Origin: an uncultured delta proteobacterium
GTDB taxonomy: Bacteria; Myxococcota; Myxococcia; Myxococcales; Anaeromyxobacteraceae
Direction of reading: 5' to 3'
Length of the DNA: 64,000 bases
NCBI GenBank assembly: GCA_963766715.1
Contig: CAVYBH010000013.1
Span: 160,001 to 224,000 of the forward strand
Shown here: positions 1-10,316 of the stretch, one piece after another
Numbering within the stretch: position 1 is the stretch's first letter
Layout: each line of letters starts with the position of its first letter
Program-made: the position numbers and the translations under genes
Notes under the pieces: generated by a model
Told to the model about the DNA's origin: nothing
Databases searched by the model: none
Seen by the model: the letters and a program-made list of their open reading frames with translations, nothing else

Positions 1-480
1 CGTGGCGCCCGAGGCGAGGAGCAGGGCGAGGCGCGCCGGCCGCCCGTCCTCGGGTTGCAGAGGCTCGGCCGGACCCCCGAGCAGGTGCTCGAAGGCGAGC
101 GACTGCAAGGCGTCGCCCGCCAGGACCGCGGTGGCGTCGTCGAACGCCTTGTGGACGGTGGGGCGCCCGCGCCGCAGGTCGTCGTCGTCCATGCAGGGCA
201 GGTCGTCGTGGACGAGGGAGTAGGTGTGGATCATCTCCAGCGCGCAGCCGAAGCGGAGGGGCAGCGTGCCCTCCCCGGTCGGCGCGCCGAAGGCCTCGGC
301 GGTGGCGCAGACGAGCGCCGGACGGAGCCGCTTCCCCCCGCCGAGCAGGGCGTACTCGATGGCCTCCCAGAGCCGGGCCGGGCCGGTGCGCGCACCGTCC
401 TCGGCGGCGCGGCGAAGCTCGGCTTCCACGCGTCCCGCCACGCCGGCGAGGTAGGGATCGAGGGCGAAGGGCGCCGTCAC
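1..480 (-). CDS. ispA: Polyprenyl (farnesyl) diphosphate synthase, runs off the window edge
   Basis: Manual translation from GTG 480: [12 protein letters not shown]...[46 protein letters not shown]; lies downstream of xseB. Confidence 0.93.
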   Translation of the reverse strand, partial: MTAPFALDPYLAGVAGRVEAELRRAAEDGARTGPARLWEAIEYALLGGGKRLRPALVCATAEAFGAPTGEGTLPLRFGCALEMIHTYSLVHDDLPCMDDDDLRRGRPTVHKAFDDATAVLAGDALQSLAFEHLLGGPAEPLQPEDGRPARLALLLASGAT

Positions 481-545
481 GGGTCGCTTCTACCACAAGC
501 CCGCGCCGCGAACCCCCTCGACCCGGGTGCTTCCCGCGCGGGGGA

Positions 546-959
546 TCAGGCGCCCGAGGCGGGCGGCCGGGAGGCCTGTCGGGCCGCCAGCATCTCGCGG
601 ATCCGCTCGATGAGCCGGTCCACGTCGAGGGGCTTCGTGAAGTAGTCGGCGGCGCCCGCCTCGCGGCCGGTCCGCTCGTCCTCGGGACTCTTCCGGGCGG
701 TGATGAAGATGACCGGGATGTCGCCGAAGGTGGGATTCTTCTTGATGGCCCGGCAGAGCTCGAAGCCGTCGATCCAGCTCATCATGACGTCGAGCAGGAT
801 GACGTCCGGCCGGTCGACGTGCATGGCGGAGATGAGCCGCAGGCCGTTGGCCGCCTGGGAGACGTCGAAGCCCTCGAGCTGCAGGGCGAGCGTCAGCATC
901 TCGCGCGTGTCGCGGTCGTCGTCGACGATGGTGACCTTGGGCTTGCGCTCCGTCGTCAT
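546..959 (-). CDS. Single-domain response regulator (receiver)
   Basis: IVDDD, ILLDVMM (phospho-Asp), FITA and YFTKP motifs; start overlaps the xseB stop. Confidence 0.92.
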   Translation of the reverse strand: MTTERKPKVTIVDDDRDTREMLTLALQLEGFDVSQAANGLRLISAMHVDRPDVILLDVMMSWIDGFELCRAIKKNPTFGDIPVIFITARKSPEDERTGREAGAADYFTKPLDVDRLIERIREMLAARQASRPPASGA

Positions 960-1228
960 GGGCCCTCTTCGCTCCCGCCGAGAGGACGCGCCTCGACCGA
1001 CCCGTCGTCGGCGCGCAGGAGCTGCTCCACGCGTCGCTCCGACTCGTCGAGCTTCTTGCCGGCCTCCCGGGCCAGCTTCACGCCCTCGGCGAAGGTCTCG
1101 ATGGACTGCTCCAGGGAGAGCTTGCCGCCCTCGAGCTCCTCGACCAGCTTCTCGAGCCGCTCCACGAGCTTGTCGTAGGGCTCGGGCGCGGTCTCCGTCG
1201 GGTTCTTCTTCTCTCGGCTCACGGCCAT
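956..1228 (-). CDS. xseB: Exodeoxyribonuclease VII small subunit
   Basis: [29 protein letters not shown]; directly follows xseA. Confidence 0.93.
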   Translation of the reverse strand: MAVSREKKNPTETAPEPYDKLVERLEKLVEELEGGKLSLEQSIETFAEGVKLAREAGKKLDESERRVEQLLRADDGSVEARPLGGSEEGP

Positions 1229-1229
1229 A

Positions 1230-2648
1230 CTATGCCTCATCCCCCGGTGTGCGGCGCCCGGGAATCGGGTCGGGAAGGGCGTCCCTGGACTCGACCCGGG
1301 CGTCGATCCAGCCCTCGCCGAGGACCACCCGCAGCGCGGATCCCGGGGGCGCCTCCGCGCTCCGCCGGAGCAGGCGCCCGTCGGCCATGGCGAGGGCGAA
1401 GCCCCGCGAGAGGATCTTCGCGACGTTGGCCGGCTCGAGGCGCGCTCCCAGGGAGGCCAGCCGCATCGACTCGCGCCGGAAGGTGCCGGCGCTCCAGGCC
1501 CGCAGCCGCTCCATCGCGGCGTCGCGCCTCCTGCGCAGCTGCCGGAGCAGCTCGCGCGGCTCACGGCGCCGGAGGGCGTCCGCGCTCCGGACCACCCGGG
1601 CGCGCTCCTCGCGCAGGCGGGAGGCGAGCACACCCTCCCCCCGATGGACGAGGTCGTCGATCCTCCGGCGCTGGTCGGAGAGGATCCGGCGCGGGTCGGA
1701 GAGCTCCGCGCGCAGCGCCCGCAGGACGCGCCGGCGCTGCTCGACCGCGTTCGACTCGGCCCGGACCAGCCGCCCGCGGAGCGCCGCCAGGGAGGCGGCC
1801 AGGTCGTCGCGCACCGGGACCACCAGCTCGGCGGCGTGGGTCGGCGTGGCCGCGCGGACGTCGGCGACCAGGTCGGCCACCGTCACGTCGACCTCGTGCC
1901 CCACCGCGCTCACGACCGGCATCGGGCAGGCGGCGATGAACCGCGCCAGCCGCTCGTCGTTGAACTCCCAGAGGTCCTCGGCCGAGCCTCCGCCGCGCGT
2001 CACCACGGCCACGTCCACGCCGAAGTCGACGAGCACCCGCAAGGCGGAGATCACCGTCGCGGCGGCGCCCTCCCCCTGCACGCGGCAGCCGGCCACGAAG
2101 ACCTGGGCGCCCGGGAACCGGCCGTGGACCACCCGCAGGAAGTCCTGCAGGGCCGCTCCGGACGGGCTGGTCGCGACGCCGATGCGGACGGGCAGGAACG
2201 GGAGGGCGCGCTTGCGGTCCGGGTCGAAGAGCCCCTCGGCCGCGAGCCGGTCCTTGAGCTGCTGGAGCGCCAGCGCACGGGCCCCCTCGCCCCGGGGCTC
2301 GAGCTCCTGGACGACGAGCTGGTAGCGGCCCCGCGGCGCGTAGATCTCGATCCGTCCGCGCGCCACCACCTCGGCGCCGTCCCGGAGATCGAATCGGACC
2401 TTTCGCGCGGTGGAGGCCCAGAGCACGGCGTCCACGGCCGCCTCGGCGTCCTTCAGCGAGAAGTAGACGTGGCCGCTGGGCTGGCGACGGAGGTTTCCCA
2501 CCTCGCCCGCGACCCAGACGTCGCGGAAGGCCGGCTCGACCGCCGACTTGAGCCGGTTCGAGAGCTCCCCGACCGTGAGGACCCGGGGCTCCCGGGTCAG
2601 CGGCCTGTCGAACAGGCCCGGCATCGGAGGCGGTGGGGAACGCGGCAC
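1230..2648 (-). CDS. xseA: Exodeoxyribonuclease VII large subunit
   Basis: VWVAGEVGN, SGHVYFSLKD, RGGGSAEDLWEFNDE, SAVGHEVD, ATPT motifs. Confidence 0.96.
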   Translation of the reverse strand: MPRSPPPPMPGLFDRPLTREPRVLTVGELSNRLKSAVEPAFRDVWVAGEVGNLRRQPSGHVYFSLKDAEAAVDAVLWASTARKVRFDLRDGAEVVARGRIEIYAPRGRYQLVVQELEPRGEGARALALQQLKDRLAAEGLFDPDRKRALPFLPVRIGVATSPSGAALQDFLRVVHGRFPGAQVFVAGCRVQGEGAAATVISALRVLVDFGVDVAVVTRGGGSAEDLWEFNDERLARFIAACPMPVVSAVGHEVDVTVADLVADVRAATPTHAAELVVPVRDDLAASLAALRGRLVRAESNAVEQRRRVLRALRAELSDPRRILSDQRRRIDDLVHRGEGVLASRLREERARVVRSADALRRREPRELLRQLRRRRDAAMERLRAWSAGTFRRESMRLASLGARLEPANVAKILSRGFALAMADGRLLRRSAEAPPGSALRVVLGEGWIDARVESRDALPDPIPGRRTPGDEA

Positions 2649-2679
2649 CGGATTCTCTTACCGCGCCGGAGGGCCGAGG

Positions 2680-3186
2680 TCACCGGCCCAGGCGGCGCAG
2701 CTGGGCAGGGGCGAGCATCCAGACCAGGCTGGCCCCCCCCGGGCGGGGGCGCGCGCCCAGATCGAGGAGGCAGGCCCCGCCCTTCTTCAGCTGGAGGAAG
2801 GGCACCCTGCGTCCCGCCAGCAGCCAGCTGGCCAGGCGGCCCAGCTGCGGCTCGTGGCCGACGAGCGCGACCAGCTCGAGCTTCGCGCGGGCCCGGAGCC
2901 ACGGCATCACCTCGGCCGGGTCGCCGGCCGGGAGGATGGCGTGGAGCTCCTCGGCCGCCTCCACCCCAAAGGCCCGGGCGACGTGATCGGCCGTCTGCAG
3001 GGCGCGGGCGAGCGGGCTCGAGGCGAGCGCCTGCGGCCGATCGACGAGCCGGGCCAGCCCCTTCGCGGCGGCTCGCGTCCGGGCCCGGCCATCGACCGTG
3101 AGCGGCCGCAGGAAGTCGTCCTTCCCGAGCGCCCGCCAGGCCTCACGGTCCCCGGCCGGTCCGTGCCGGATGAGCAGGAGCATCAT
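2680..3186 (-). CDS. sixA: SixA-family phosphohistidine phosphatase
   Basis: LLIRHG, RPLT, SSPLARALQTA, LVGHEP motifs in the C-terminal part of ORF 2680..4338. Confidence 0.85.
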   Translation of the reverse strand: MMLLLIRHGPAGDREAWRALGKDDFLRPLTVDGRARTRAAAKGLARLVDRPQALASSPLARALQTADHVARAFGVEAAEELHAILPAGDPAEVMPWLRARAKLELVALVGHEPQLGRLASWLLAGRRVPFLQLKKGGACLLDLGARPRPGGASLVWMLAPAQLRRLGR

Positions 3187-3971
3187 GTCCGCTTCCCCTT
3201 TCGCGCCTTCCGGTGCGCCCGGTTCCCGTGCGCCCGGAGACGGACGAGCCGGGCCAGCAGGTCGTCGACGTTCCCCTGCCCCGCGAGCCGCCACCTGGCG
3301 AGGCTGCGCCCCGGGCCCACCCGGACCCCCACCACCTCCGGGGCGCCGATCCGGAACGCGTCCTCGTCGGTCAGGTCGTCGCCCAGGAAGAGCGCCGTGT
3401 CGAGCCGCAGGCGGCGCAGGAGCCGGTGCACGGCGTCCCCCTTGTTGGGGAATTCGGCCGGGATGACGTTCAGGACCTTCTTGCCGGGCAGGAGCCTCGC
3501 GCCCGGCAGGGCCGCTCCGGCCTCCTGGACCGCCGCCTCGGCCCGGCGCCAGTTCCTGGCGAGGCCGTAGTGGATCGACAGGGTCGAGCCCTTGTGCTCG
3601 AGGTGCCAGCCGGGCACGCCGTCCAGGCGCCGGTGGATCTCGGCTTCCCACGCGGCCACGCGGGCCAGGACGGCCTTCCCCACCGGGATCGGACGCCCGA
3701 GCTCGAAGCCGTGGTTCCCGACCCGGACGACCCCCGACGTGGGGACCCGTCGATCCAGGTCCCGGTACGCCCGGCCGGAGATCACCGCGACCGGGTAGCG
3801 GCGCGTCACCTCGGCGAGCAAGCGGCGGGTCCCGGGGCGCATGGCCCGGCCGTCCGGGGCGGTCACGAGCGGGGCGAGCACGCCGTCGTAGTCGAAGGCG
3901 AGCAGGAGCCGGGAACCGGCCAGCTGCTCGAGGAGCGGGGCGCGTGCCGGAGCAAGGAAGTCGTTGCGCAT
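3183..3971 (-). CDS. otsB: Trehalose-6-phosphate phosphatase (HAD)
   Basis: FDYDGVLAP, ISGR, GNHG, EHKG..LSIHY, NKG, GDDLTDEDAF. Confidence 0.9.
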   Translation of the reverse strand: MRNDFLAPARAPLLEQLAGSRLLLAFDYDGVLAPLVTAPDGRAMRPGTRRLLAEVTRRYPVAVISGRAYRDLDRRVPTSGVVRVGNHGFELGRPIPVGKAVLARVAAWEAEIHRRLDGVPGWHLEHKGSTLSIHYGLARNWRRAEAAVQEAGAALPGARLLPGKKVLNVIPAEFPNKGDAVHRLLRRLRLDTALFLGDDLTDEDAFRIGAPEVVGVRVGPGRSLARWRLAGQGNVDDLLARLVRLRAHGNRAHRKARKGKRT

Positions 3972-3979
3972 CTCGGGTG

Positions 3980-3989
3980 AGCGTACAAT
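3980..3989. promoter_or_regulatory. Overlapping divergent -10 hexamers (TACGCT on -, TACAAT on +)
   Basis: AGCGTACAAT sits in the middle of a 26-bp gap between two divergent start codons, each hexamer 8 nt from its start. Confidence 0.55.
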
Positions 3990-3997
3990 CGCCGCGC

Positions 3998-4957
3998 TTG
4001 GCACGCATCCTCATCGTGGACGGGGACCCCGCTTCCCGCGAACCGCTCGAGCGGGCCTTCGAGGACGAGGGGCTCGAGGTGCTCTCGGCCGCCGACGCCG
4101 AGGGAGCCTGGGAGGCGTTCGCGACCTTCGGCCCACGGGCCGCGGTGCTGGGGAGGCGGCTCCCCCGCCACGCCGTCGAGGAGCTCGCCTCGCGCATGCA
4201 GGAGGCCGACCCGGAGCTGCTCGTCCTGGGCGCCACCGAGCCCTGGGGCGACCTGGCCCGCCGCCTCCGCATCCGGCTCGGCGCGCCCGCACCTCGCTCC
4301 GTCCCGTCGGCCGTCCCGGAGGCCACCCCGGGCACCACCCGCGTGCTGCGCCGCCTGCCGCTCGAGTCCGGCGAGCTCGAGTTCGGCGCGCTCCCGGATC
4401 TCCTGGTCCGGCTCTGGCGGACGGCCGCCGACGGGATCGTGGCGGTCGATCACCCGGGCGGTTCCGACCTCGTCTTCCTGCTCCGGGGCGCCCCGGTCGG
4501 CGTCCAGCTCGCCGGCGAGCGGAGCGCCGTCGACGTCGCGGGGGCGCTCGCGTCCCTCTGCGGGCGCGGCGCCCGCACCTACGCCTACCACCCCGGCGCC
4601 GACTTCGCGCTCGAGGTCCGGGGCGCGCCGGTCCCGGCGCTGGCGCCGCTGCTGGAGGGGCTCCGGCTGGCCGCCGACGAGCCCTCCTACGCGGCGGCCC
4701 TGGCCGGCTTCGAGGACGTGGTGCCGGTGCGCTCGGGGGCCTTCGCCTCGCTCGCGCGCGACCTCGCGCCGGCGGGCGACGACGCCCGCGCCGTGGCAGC
4801 CCTCGGCGGGGGCCTCCCGCTCCGGTCCCTGCTCGACGGCCCGGGGCGCCCTGCGTCGCTCCTCTGGTTCCTGATCCGTTCGGGCGCGCTGCTCCTCGAG
4901 CACGCCGAGCCGGACCGCGCGGCGCCGGCCGCCGAGGATTCCCGGCGCGGCCGCTAG
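3998..4957 (+). CDS. Pseudo-receiver domain plus DUF4388-like domain protein
   Basis: ARILIVDGD N-terminus, AAVLGRRLP at the phospho-Asp position, SGELEFGALPDLLVRLW...GIV typical of myxobacterial DUF4388-like domains. Confidence 0.6.
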   Translation: MARILIVDGDPASREPLERAFEDEGLEVLSAADAEGAWEAFATFGPRAAVLGRRLPRHAVEELASRMQEADPELLVLGATEPWGDLARRLRIRLGAPAPRSVPSAVPEATPGTTRVLRRLPLESGELEFGALPDLLVRLWRTAADGIVAVDHPGGSDLVFLLRGAPVGVQLAGERSAVDVAGALASLCGRGARTYAYHPGADFALEVRGAPVPALAPLLEGLRLAADEPSYAAALAGFEDVVPVRSGAFASLARDLAPAGDDARAVAALGGGLPLRSLLDGPGRPASLLWFLIRSGALLLEHAEPDRAAPAAEDSRRGR

Positions 4958-4964
4958 CGGCGCG

Positions 4965-5928
4965 CTACGGACGCGGCGCCGGAACGGCGCTCGCCAGCGT
5001 GCTGCGGACGACGTCGGCGAGCGCGCCCATGAACTCGGGGTGTACGCCGACCGCGGCGGCCCGGTGGTACTCGAGCGCCCCTCCCTTGCGGGCCGCGTCG
5101 GCGGCCAGGATGTCCATGTCGTAGAGCGTCTCCAGGTGCTCGGAGACGAAGGCGATCGGGTGGGTGACCACGGCGCGGCCCCGCGCGTTCTTCTCGAGCC
5201 ACTCGCTCGTGTCCGGGCCGAGCCACTTCGCCGGCCCGACCTTGCTCTGGAAGGTGACCTGGTACTCCGTGACCCCCGCCCGCTCCGCCGTCCCGCGGGC
5301 GCTGGCCGCGATCTCCTCCGGGTACGGATCGCCCTTGCGCACCTGGCTCATGGGGAGCCCGTGCGCGCTGAAGACCACGAGCAGCCGGTCCCGGTTCTCC
5401 GGGCTCACCCGGGCGATGGCCTCGCGGAGCGTGGCCGCCGAGGCCTCCAGGTAGCGCGGGTGGTCGGGGTAGCTGCAGATCTCGAAGAGGGGCATCTCCC
5501 GCGGCCAGAGCCGGCGCATCTCGCGGAGCGAGCTGGTCGTCGTGGCGTTCGCGAACTGGGGATACAGGGGCAGCGACACCGCCTGCTCGGCCCCGGCCGC
5601 CAGCGCCTCCCGGATCCCCTCCCCGGTGCTCGGGTGCCCGCAGCGCATGGCCAGGTGGACGGTGAAGTCCGGCGCCCAGCTCCGCCTGCAGCGCCCGCGC
5701 CTGGGCCTCGGTGCCCTCCACGAGCGGCGAGCGCCCGCCGATGAGCTGGTACTTCTCGGCCGAGGACGGCGCGCGGAAGTGGCTGATGAGCCGGGCCATG
5801 AGCGGCCGGAAGGGCCCGAACGGCGCCGTGATGACGAGCGGGTCGCTGAAGAGGTCGTGGAGGTAGGGCTTCACCTCCGCGAGCGACCGGGGGCCGCCCA
5901 GGTTCATGAGGAAGACGGCGGTCTTCAT
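4965..5928 (-). CDS. hemH: Ferrochelatase (frameshift near 5670)
   Basis: LMNLGGP, IGGRSPL, LPLYPQF, FSAHGLP, FQSKVGPAKWLGP, FVSEHLETLYD over two frames. Confidence 0.93.
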
Positions 5929-5941
5929 GCGGGCCCCGACG

Positions 5942-7324
5942 CTAGACGGTGCGGGAGAAGGTCTGCTTCTTGTCCTGGGCGCGCCGCGGCAGGTAGGCGT
6001 CGAACATCATCGCCACGTTGCGGACGAGGAGCTGGCCGACCGGGGTGACCCGGAGCACGTCGCCGTCGAAGGTGACGAGCCCGTCGGAGACGAGCTCGGG
6101 GAGGCCCGCCTTCATGGAGTCCTCGATCTCGGCGCGGGCCTTCGGCCCGAACTTCTCGGCCACCTCGCGCAGGTCGAGCCGGAGCAGGCACATGACCCGG
6201 TTGATCACGTGACGCCGCATGACGTCGTCCTCGGAGACCGAGGCGCCCTTCATCACGGGCAGGATCCCGGCCTCCACCATCTCGCCCCAGTCCTTCAGGC
6301 GATGGGCGTTCTGGGCGTAGGCCCCGCCCAGGTCGGAGATGGAGCTCATGCCGAAGGCGATGGTGTCGTCGGCCGGACGGACCGTGTAGCCCTGGAAGTT
6401 CCGGGTCAGCGTGCCGGCGTCCTGGGCCCGGGCCATCTCGTCCGACTCGAGCGCGAAGTGGTCGAGCCCGATGAGGCGGAAGCCCGAGCGGGTGAAGGTG
6501 TCGACCGCGTCGAAGAAGAGCGCCACCCGCTCGGAGGTCTTGGGGAGCGCCTGCTCGGGCAGGAGCCGCTGGTGCGGCTTCACCCAGGGGACGAAGGCGA
6601 AGCCGAACACCGCCAGGCGGTCGGGGTGGATGGCGAGGATCCGCTCGAGCGTCCGCTTCCAGGTCTCCGGCGTCTGGTAGGGCAGCCCGTAGATCAGGTC
6701 GAGGTTGACGCCCTTGAAGCCGTTGTCGCGGGCGGCCTGGACCAGGTCGGCGGTGTCCTTCTCGGTCTGGATGCGCCCCACCGTCTCCTGCACCTTGGGG
6801 TCGAAGTCCTGGACGCCCATGGAGATGCGGTTGAAGCCCAGTTCGGCGAGCAGGTCGATCTGCGACCGCTTGGTGATGGCCGGGTCGATCTCGATGGCCT
6901 TCTCGCCGTCGCGCGCGAACTCGAAGTGGCGGGTGATGATCTCGTGGCAGCGGGTGAGCTGCTTCTCGTCGAGGAAGGTCGGCGTGCCCCCGCCCCAGTG
7001 GAGCTGCGAGAAGGTGCGCCGGTTGGGCAGGTGCTTCGCCACCAGCGCGACCTCCTTCTCGAGGACGTCGAGGTAGGCGTCGGCGCGGGTGCGGTCGTGG
7101 GTGGCCACCACGTTGCAGCCGCAGAAGCGGCACATCTCCCGGCAGAACGGGAGGTGGACGTAGATGGAGAGCGGGCCCTTCTGGGCGTCGGCGCGGGCCA
7201 GGTGCCCTGCGAACTGGGCCGGGCCGAGCGCGTCGGTCCACTCCGGCGCCGTGGGGTAGCTCGTGTACCGGGGACCGGGCCGGTCGTACTTCTGGATGAG
7301 TTCGGGAGGCGGGATGGAGGTCAC
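5942..7324 (-). CDS. hemN: Oxygen-independent coproporphyrinogen III oxidase
   Basis: GPRYTSYPTA, YVHLPFCREMCRFCGC radical SAM motif, GGGTPT, LTRNFQGY. Confidence 0.96.
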   Translation of the reverse strand: MTSIPPPELIQKYDRPGPRYTSYPTAPEWTDALGPAQFAGHLARADAQKGPLSIYVHLPFCREMCRFCGCNVVATHDRTRADAYLDVLEKEVALVAKHLPNRRTFSQLHWGGGTPTFLDEKQLTRCHEIITRHFEFARDGEKAIEIDPAITKRSQIDLLAELGFNRISMGVQDFDPKVQETVGRIQTEKDTADLVQAARDNGFKGVNLDLIYGLPYQTPETWKRTLERILAIHPDRLAVFGFAFVPWVKPHQRLLPEQALPKTSERVALFFDAVDTFTRSGFRLIGLDHFALESDEMARAQDAGTLTRNFQGYTVRPADDTIAFGMSSISDLGGAYAQNAHRLKDWGEMVEAGILPVMKGASVSEDDVMRRHVINRVMCLLRLDLREVAEKFGPKARAEIEDSMKAGLPELVSDGLVTFDGDVLRVTPVGQLLVRNVAMMFDAYLPRRAQDKKQTFSRTV

Positions 7325-7327
7325 GGC

Positions 7328-8396
7328 TCACCCACGGGGCACGGGGAAGGCGTGGACTGCGTCGACCACCGCCTTCACGTTCTCCGGCGGGGTGGGCGGG
7401 GTGATTCCGTGCCCGAGGTTGAAGATGTAACCGGGACGCCGGCTCCCCTCTTCCAGGAGTGCGCGGGTCCGCTCCAGGAGGAGCTTCTGGGGCCCGAGCA
7501 GGAGGATGGAGTCGAGGTTCCCCTGGATGGCGAGGTCCGGGGCCTGGGCGCGCGCCTCGCCGATGGGAATCCGCCAGTCGACGGAGAGCACGTCGTAGCC
7601 CGAGCTTCGACATCGGGCCGATGTGGGTGCTCGTGGTGGTGGAGAAGAGGATGCTGGGCACGCCCAGCGGGCGGACCGCCTCGGCGATGCGGGCCAGGTA
7701 GGGGAAGACGTAGGCCTCGAGGTCCTCCCGCCCCAGCTCGCCGAGCCAGCTCTCGAAGATCTGGACGGCCTGGGCGCCGGCCTCGACCTGGGCCTGGAGC
7801 TGCACGATGGCGGCCTGGGTGAGCTTCTCGAAGAGGGCGTGGGCGGCGGCGGGGTCGGTGTAGAGGAGCGTCTTCAGGCGGGTGAAGCCCTGGCTCCCCC
7901 CCTCGACCGCGTAGCTCGCCACCGTGAAGGGGCCGCCCACGAAGCCGATGAGCGGGACCCGGCCGGCCAGCGTCCGCTGGATGGCCCGGATGCCCGCCGC
8001 GACGTAGGGAAGGTCGCGCGCCGGGTCGGGAATCTTGAGCGCGTCGACGTCGGCGCGGGTGCGCACCGGGTTCGCGATCTTGGGCCCGCCGTCTCCCTTG
8101 CCCTTCTCCCCCTTCTCGAAGGAGAGGTCGAGCCCCATGGCCGGAAGGTGGATGAGGATGTCGGAGAAGAGGATCGCCGCGTCGAAGCCGAACTCGTCGA
8201 TGGGCGACGCCGTGACCTGGGCGATGAGCTCGGGCGAGTGGCAGAGCTCGAGGAAGCCCACCTTCTGGCGCACCGCGCGGTAGGTGGGCTGGTAGCGGCC
8301 GGCCTGGCGCATCATCCACACGGGGATGCGGTCGACGGGCAGCTTTCGGCAGGCTCGAAGGAAGCGGGAGGTCGGCTCGTTCTGGTTCGGGCTCAT
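7328..8396 (-). CDS. hemE: Uroporphyrinogen decarboxylase (frameshift near 7600)
   Basis: PVWMMRQAGRY, DAAILFSDIL, IQGNLD, IFNLGHG. Confidence 0.95.
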
Positions 8397-8446
8397 CGGG
8401 CGGGGTTCATAACATGGCGCCCCTGGAGGGGGCCAGCCGCGCGGTG

Positions 8447-8734
8447 CTAGCCGGCCAGGGCCGCCCGGACGGCCGCCGCCCCGGGTCCGGAGACCCGGAC
8501 GGTCTTTCTCCGCCCCGTGTCTCCGCGCTCGATGACCACGTCGGCCTTCCGGACGCCGAGCGCCCCGGCCAGGAAGGCCACCAGCGCCTGGTTGGCCTCG
8601 CCGTCCACCGGCGGAGCCGCCAGCTGGATCTTGAGGCGGCCGTCGTGCTCGCCGACCACCCGCGTCCGGGAGGCGCGAGGCTGCACCAGGATCTCCAGGA
8701 CGACCGCGCCCGGGACCTCGCGCAGCCAGGGCAT
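8447..8734 (-). CDS. DUF167/YggU family protein
   Basis: [12 protein letters not shown]...APPVDGEAN...GDTGRRK. Confidence 0.88.
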   Translation of the reverse strand: MPWLREVPGAVVLEILVQPRASRTRVVGEHDGRLKIQLAAPPVDGEANQALVAFLAGALGVRKADVVIERGDTGRRKTVRVSGPGAAAVRAALAG

Positions 8735-9538
8735 CAGCGGATCCCGACCAGCGCGATCTTCGCCTTGTCGGCGCGCCGGACCATCTCGTCGAGGTCCATC
8801 ACGAGGGTGGTCCCGGCCTCGACGGCGAGCACCTGGCAGCCGGACTCGCGCATCGAGTCGACGGTGTCCGGACCGACGGCGGGCAGGTCGAAGCGGCGGT
8901 CCTGCTGCGGCTTCACGGCCTTCACCACGACGGCGCCTTCCTTGGCCAGCTCCCCGCCGCGCCGGATGCAGGCGTCGGTGCCCTCCAGCGCCTCGACGGC
9001 CACCGCCATGCGGTCCTTGACCACCACCGTCTGCCCCAGGTCGAGCCTTCCGATGGCCCGGGCCAGCTCGAGCCCGTAGCGGGCGTCGGCCCACTGCGTC
9101 CTCGGTGGGCTCGCGCTTGCCCATCACGCCCTCGCGGGCGAGCCGGTCCTGCAGGAAGCGGGTGGGGTCGGTCACCGGCAGCCCGCGCTCCTCCGCGGCG
9201 CTGGCGATGGCCCGGAGGACGTTGTCGTCGGTCTTCACGGCCAGCCGCGCCAGGATCTGCATGCCGAGCCCGTCCAGCCAGGCGTCGCGGAAGAACCGGG
9301 CCTTGGCGATCGACCCCAGCATCACCACCTCGGTGCAGCCCGCCGCCTTGAACGTCTCGAGCACCTTTCCGAACTGGCCGAGCTTCACCCAGGTGCAGGC
9401 GTCGACGAGCTTCTCGAGCGCCGGATCGGTCTGGTTCACGTGCGCCGCCGCCACCACGCGGTGACCGGCGCGGCGGGCGCTCTCGGCGAGGAGCAGCGGG
9501 AACCTTCCACCGCCGGCGATGAGGCCGATGGTGGCCAT
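8734..9538 (-). CDS. lpxI: UDP-2,3-diacylglucosamine pyrophosphatase (frameshift near 9095)
   Basis: [41 protein letters not shown]; follows lpxA. Confidence 0.9.
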
Positions 9539-9540
9539 CG

Positions 9541-10314
9541 CTAGCGGAGGATCCCCCGCTCCGAGGCCTCGACGAACTTCACCCAGTGATCGATCTCGGG
9601 GTGCCCGCCCATCTCGGAGCGGATCTGGTCGAGCGCCTCCTTGAGGGGAAGCTTGGACCGGAAGAAGATCTTGTAGGCGCTCTTCACCCGCGCGATCTGC
9701 TCCTCGGTGAAGCCGGCCCGCTGCAGGCCGACCAGGTTGATGCCCACGACCTCGGCCCGGGCTCCCGCGACCATGAGGTAGGGCGCCACGTCCATCATCA
9801 CGCCGGTGATCCCGCCGACGTAGGCGAGCCGCCCGATGCGGGAGAACTGCTGCACCGCCGACACGCCGCCGAAGATGACGCCGTCCTCCGCCTCGACGTG
9901 GCCGGCCAGCGCGCAGAAGGTGGCCACGATGACCCGGTTGCCGAGCAGGCAGTCGTGGGCCACGTGGGCCGACGCCATGATGAGGCACTGGTTGGCCAGC
10001 CGGGTCACGCCGCCGCCCCCCACCGTCCCGGTGTGGATCGAGGCGAACTCGCGGACCACGTTGCCGTCGCCCATCTCGAGCAGCGTGTCCTCTCCCTTGT
10101 ACTTGAGGTCCTGCGGCGGCGCGCCCACCACGGCGTGGGCGAAGATGCGGTTGCCGGTGCCGAGCGTGGTCTTGCCCTCCACCACCGCGTGGGCTCCGAC
10201 CACGTTTCCGGGGCCCATGCGCACCTTGGGCCCGATCACCGCGTAGGGGCCGATCTCGCAGGTCGGATCGATCTCCGCGCCCGGCGCGACGATGGCCGTG
10301 GAGTGGATGGCCAC
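9541..10314 (-). CDS. lpxA: UDP-N-acetylglucosamine acyltransferase
   Basis: IHSTAIV, hexapeptide repeats, [20 protein letters not shown]. Confidence 0.95.
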   Translation of the reverse strand: MAIHSTAIVAPGAEIDPTCEIGPYAVIGPKVRMGPGNVVGAHAVVEGKTTLGTGNRIFAHAVVGAPPQDLKYKGEDTLLEMGDGNVVREFASIHTGTVGGGGVTRLANQCLIMASAHVAHDCLLGNRVIVATFCALAGHVEAEDGVIFGGVSAVQQFSRIGRLAYVGGITGVMMDVAPYLMVAGARAEVVGINLVGLQRAGFTEEQIARVKSAYKIFFRSKLPLKEALDQIRSEMGGHPEIDHWVKFVEASERGILR

Positions 10315-10316
10315 GA

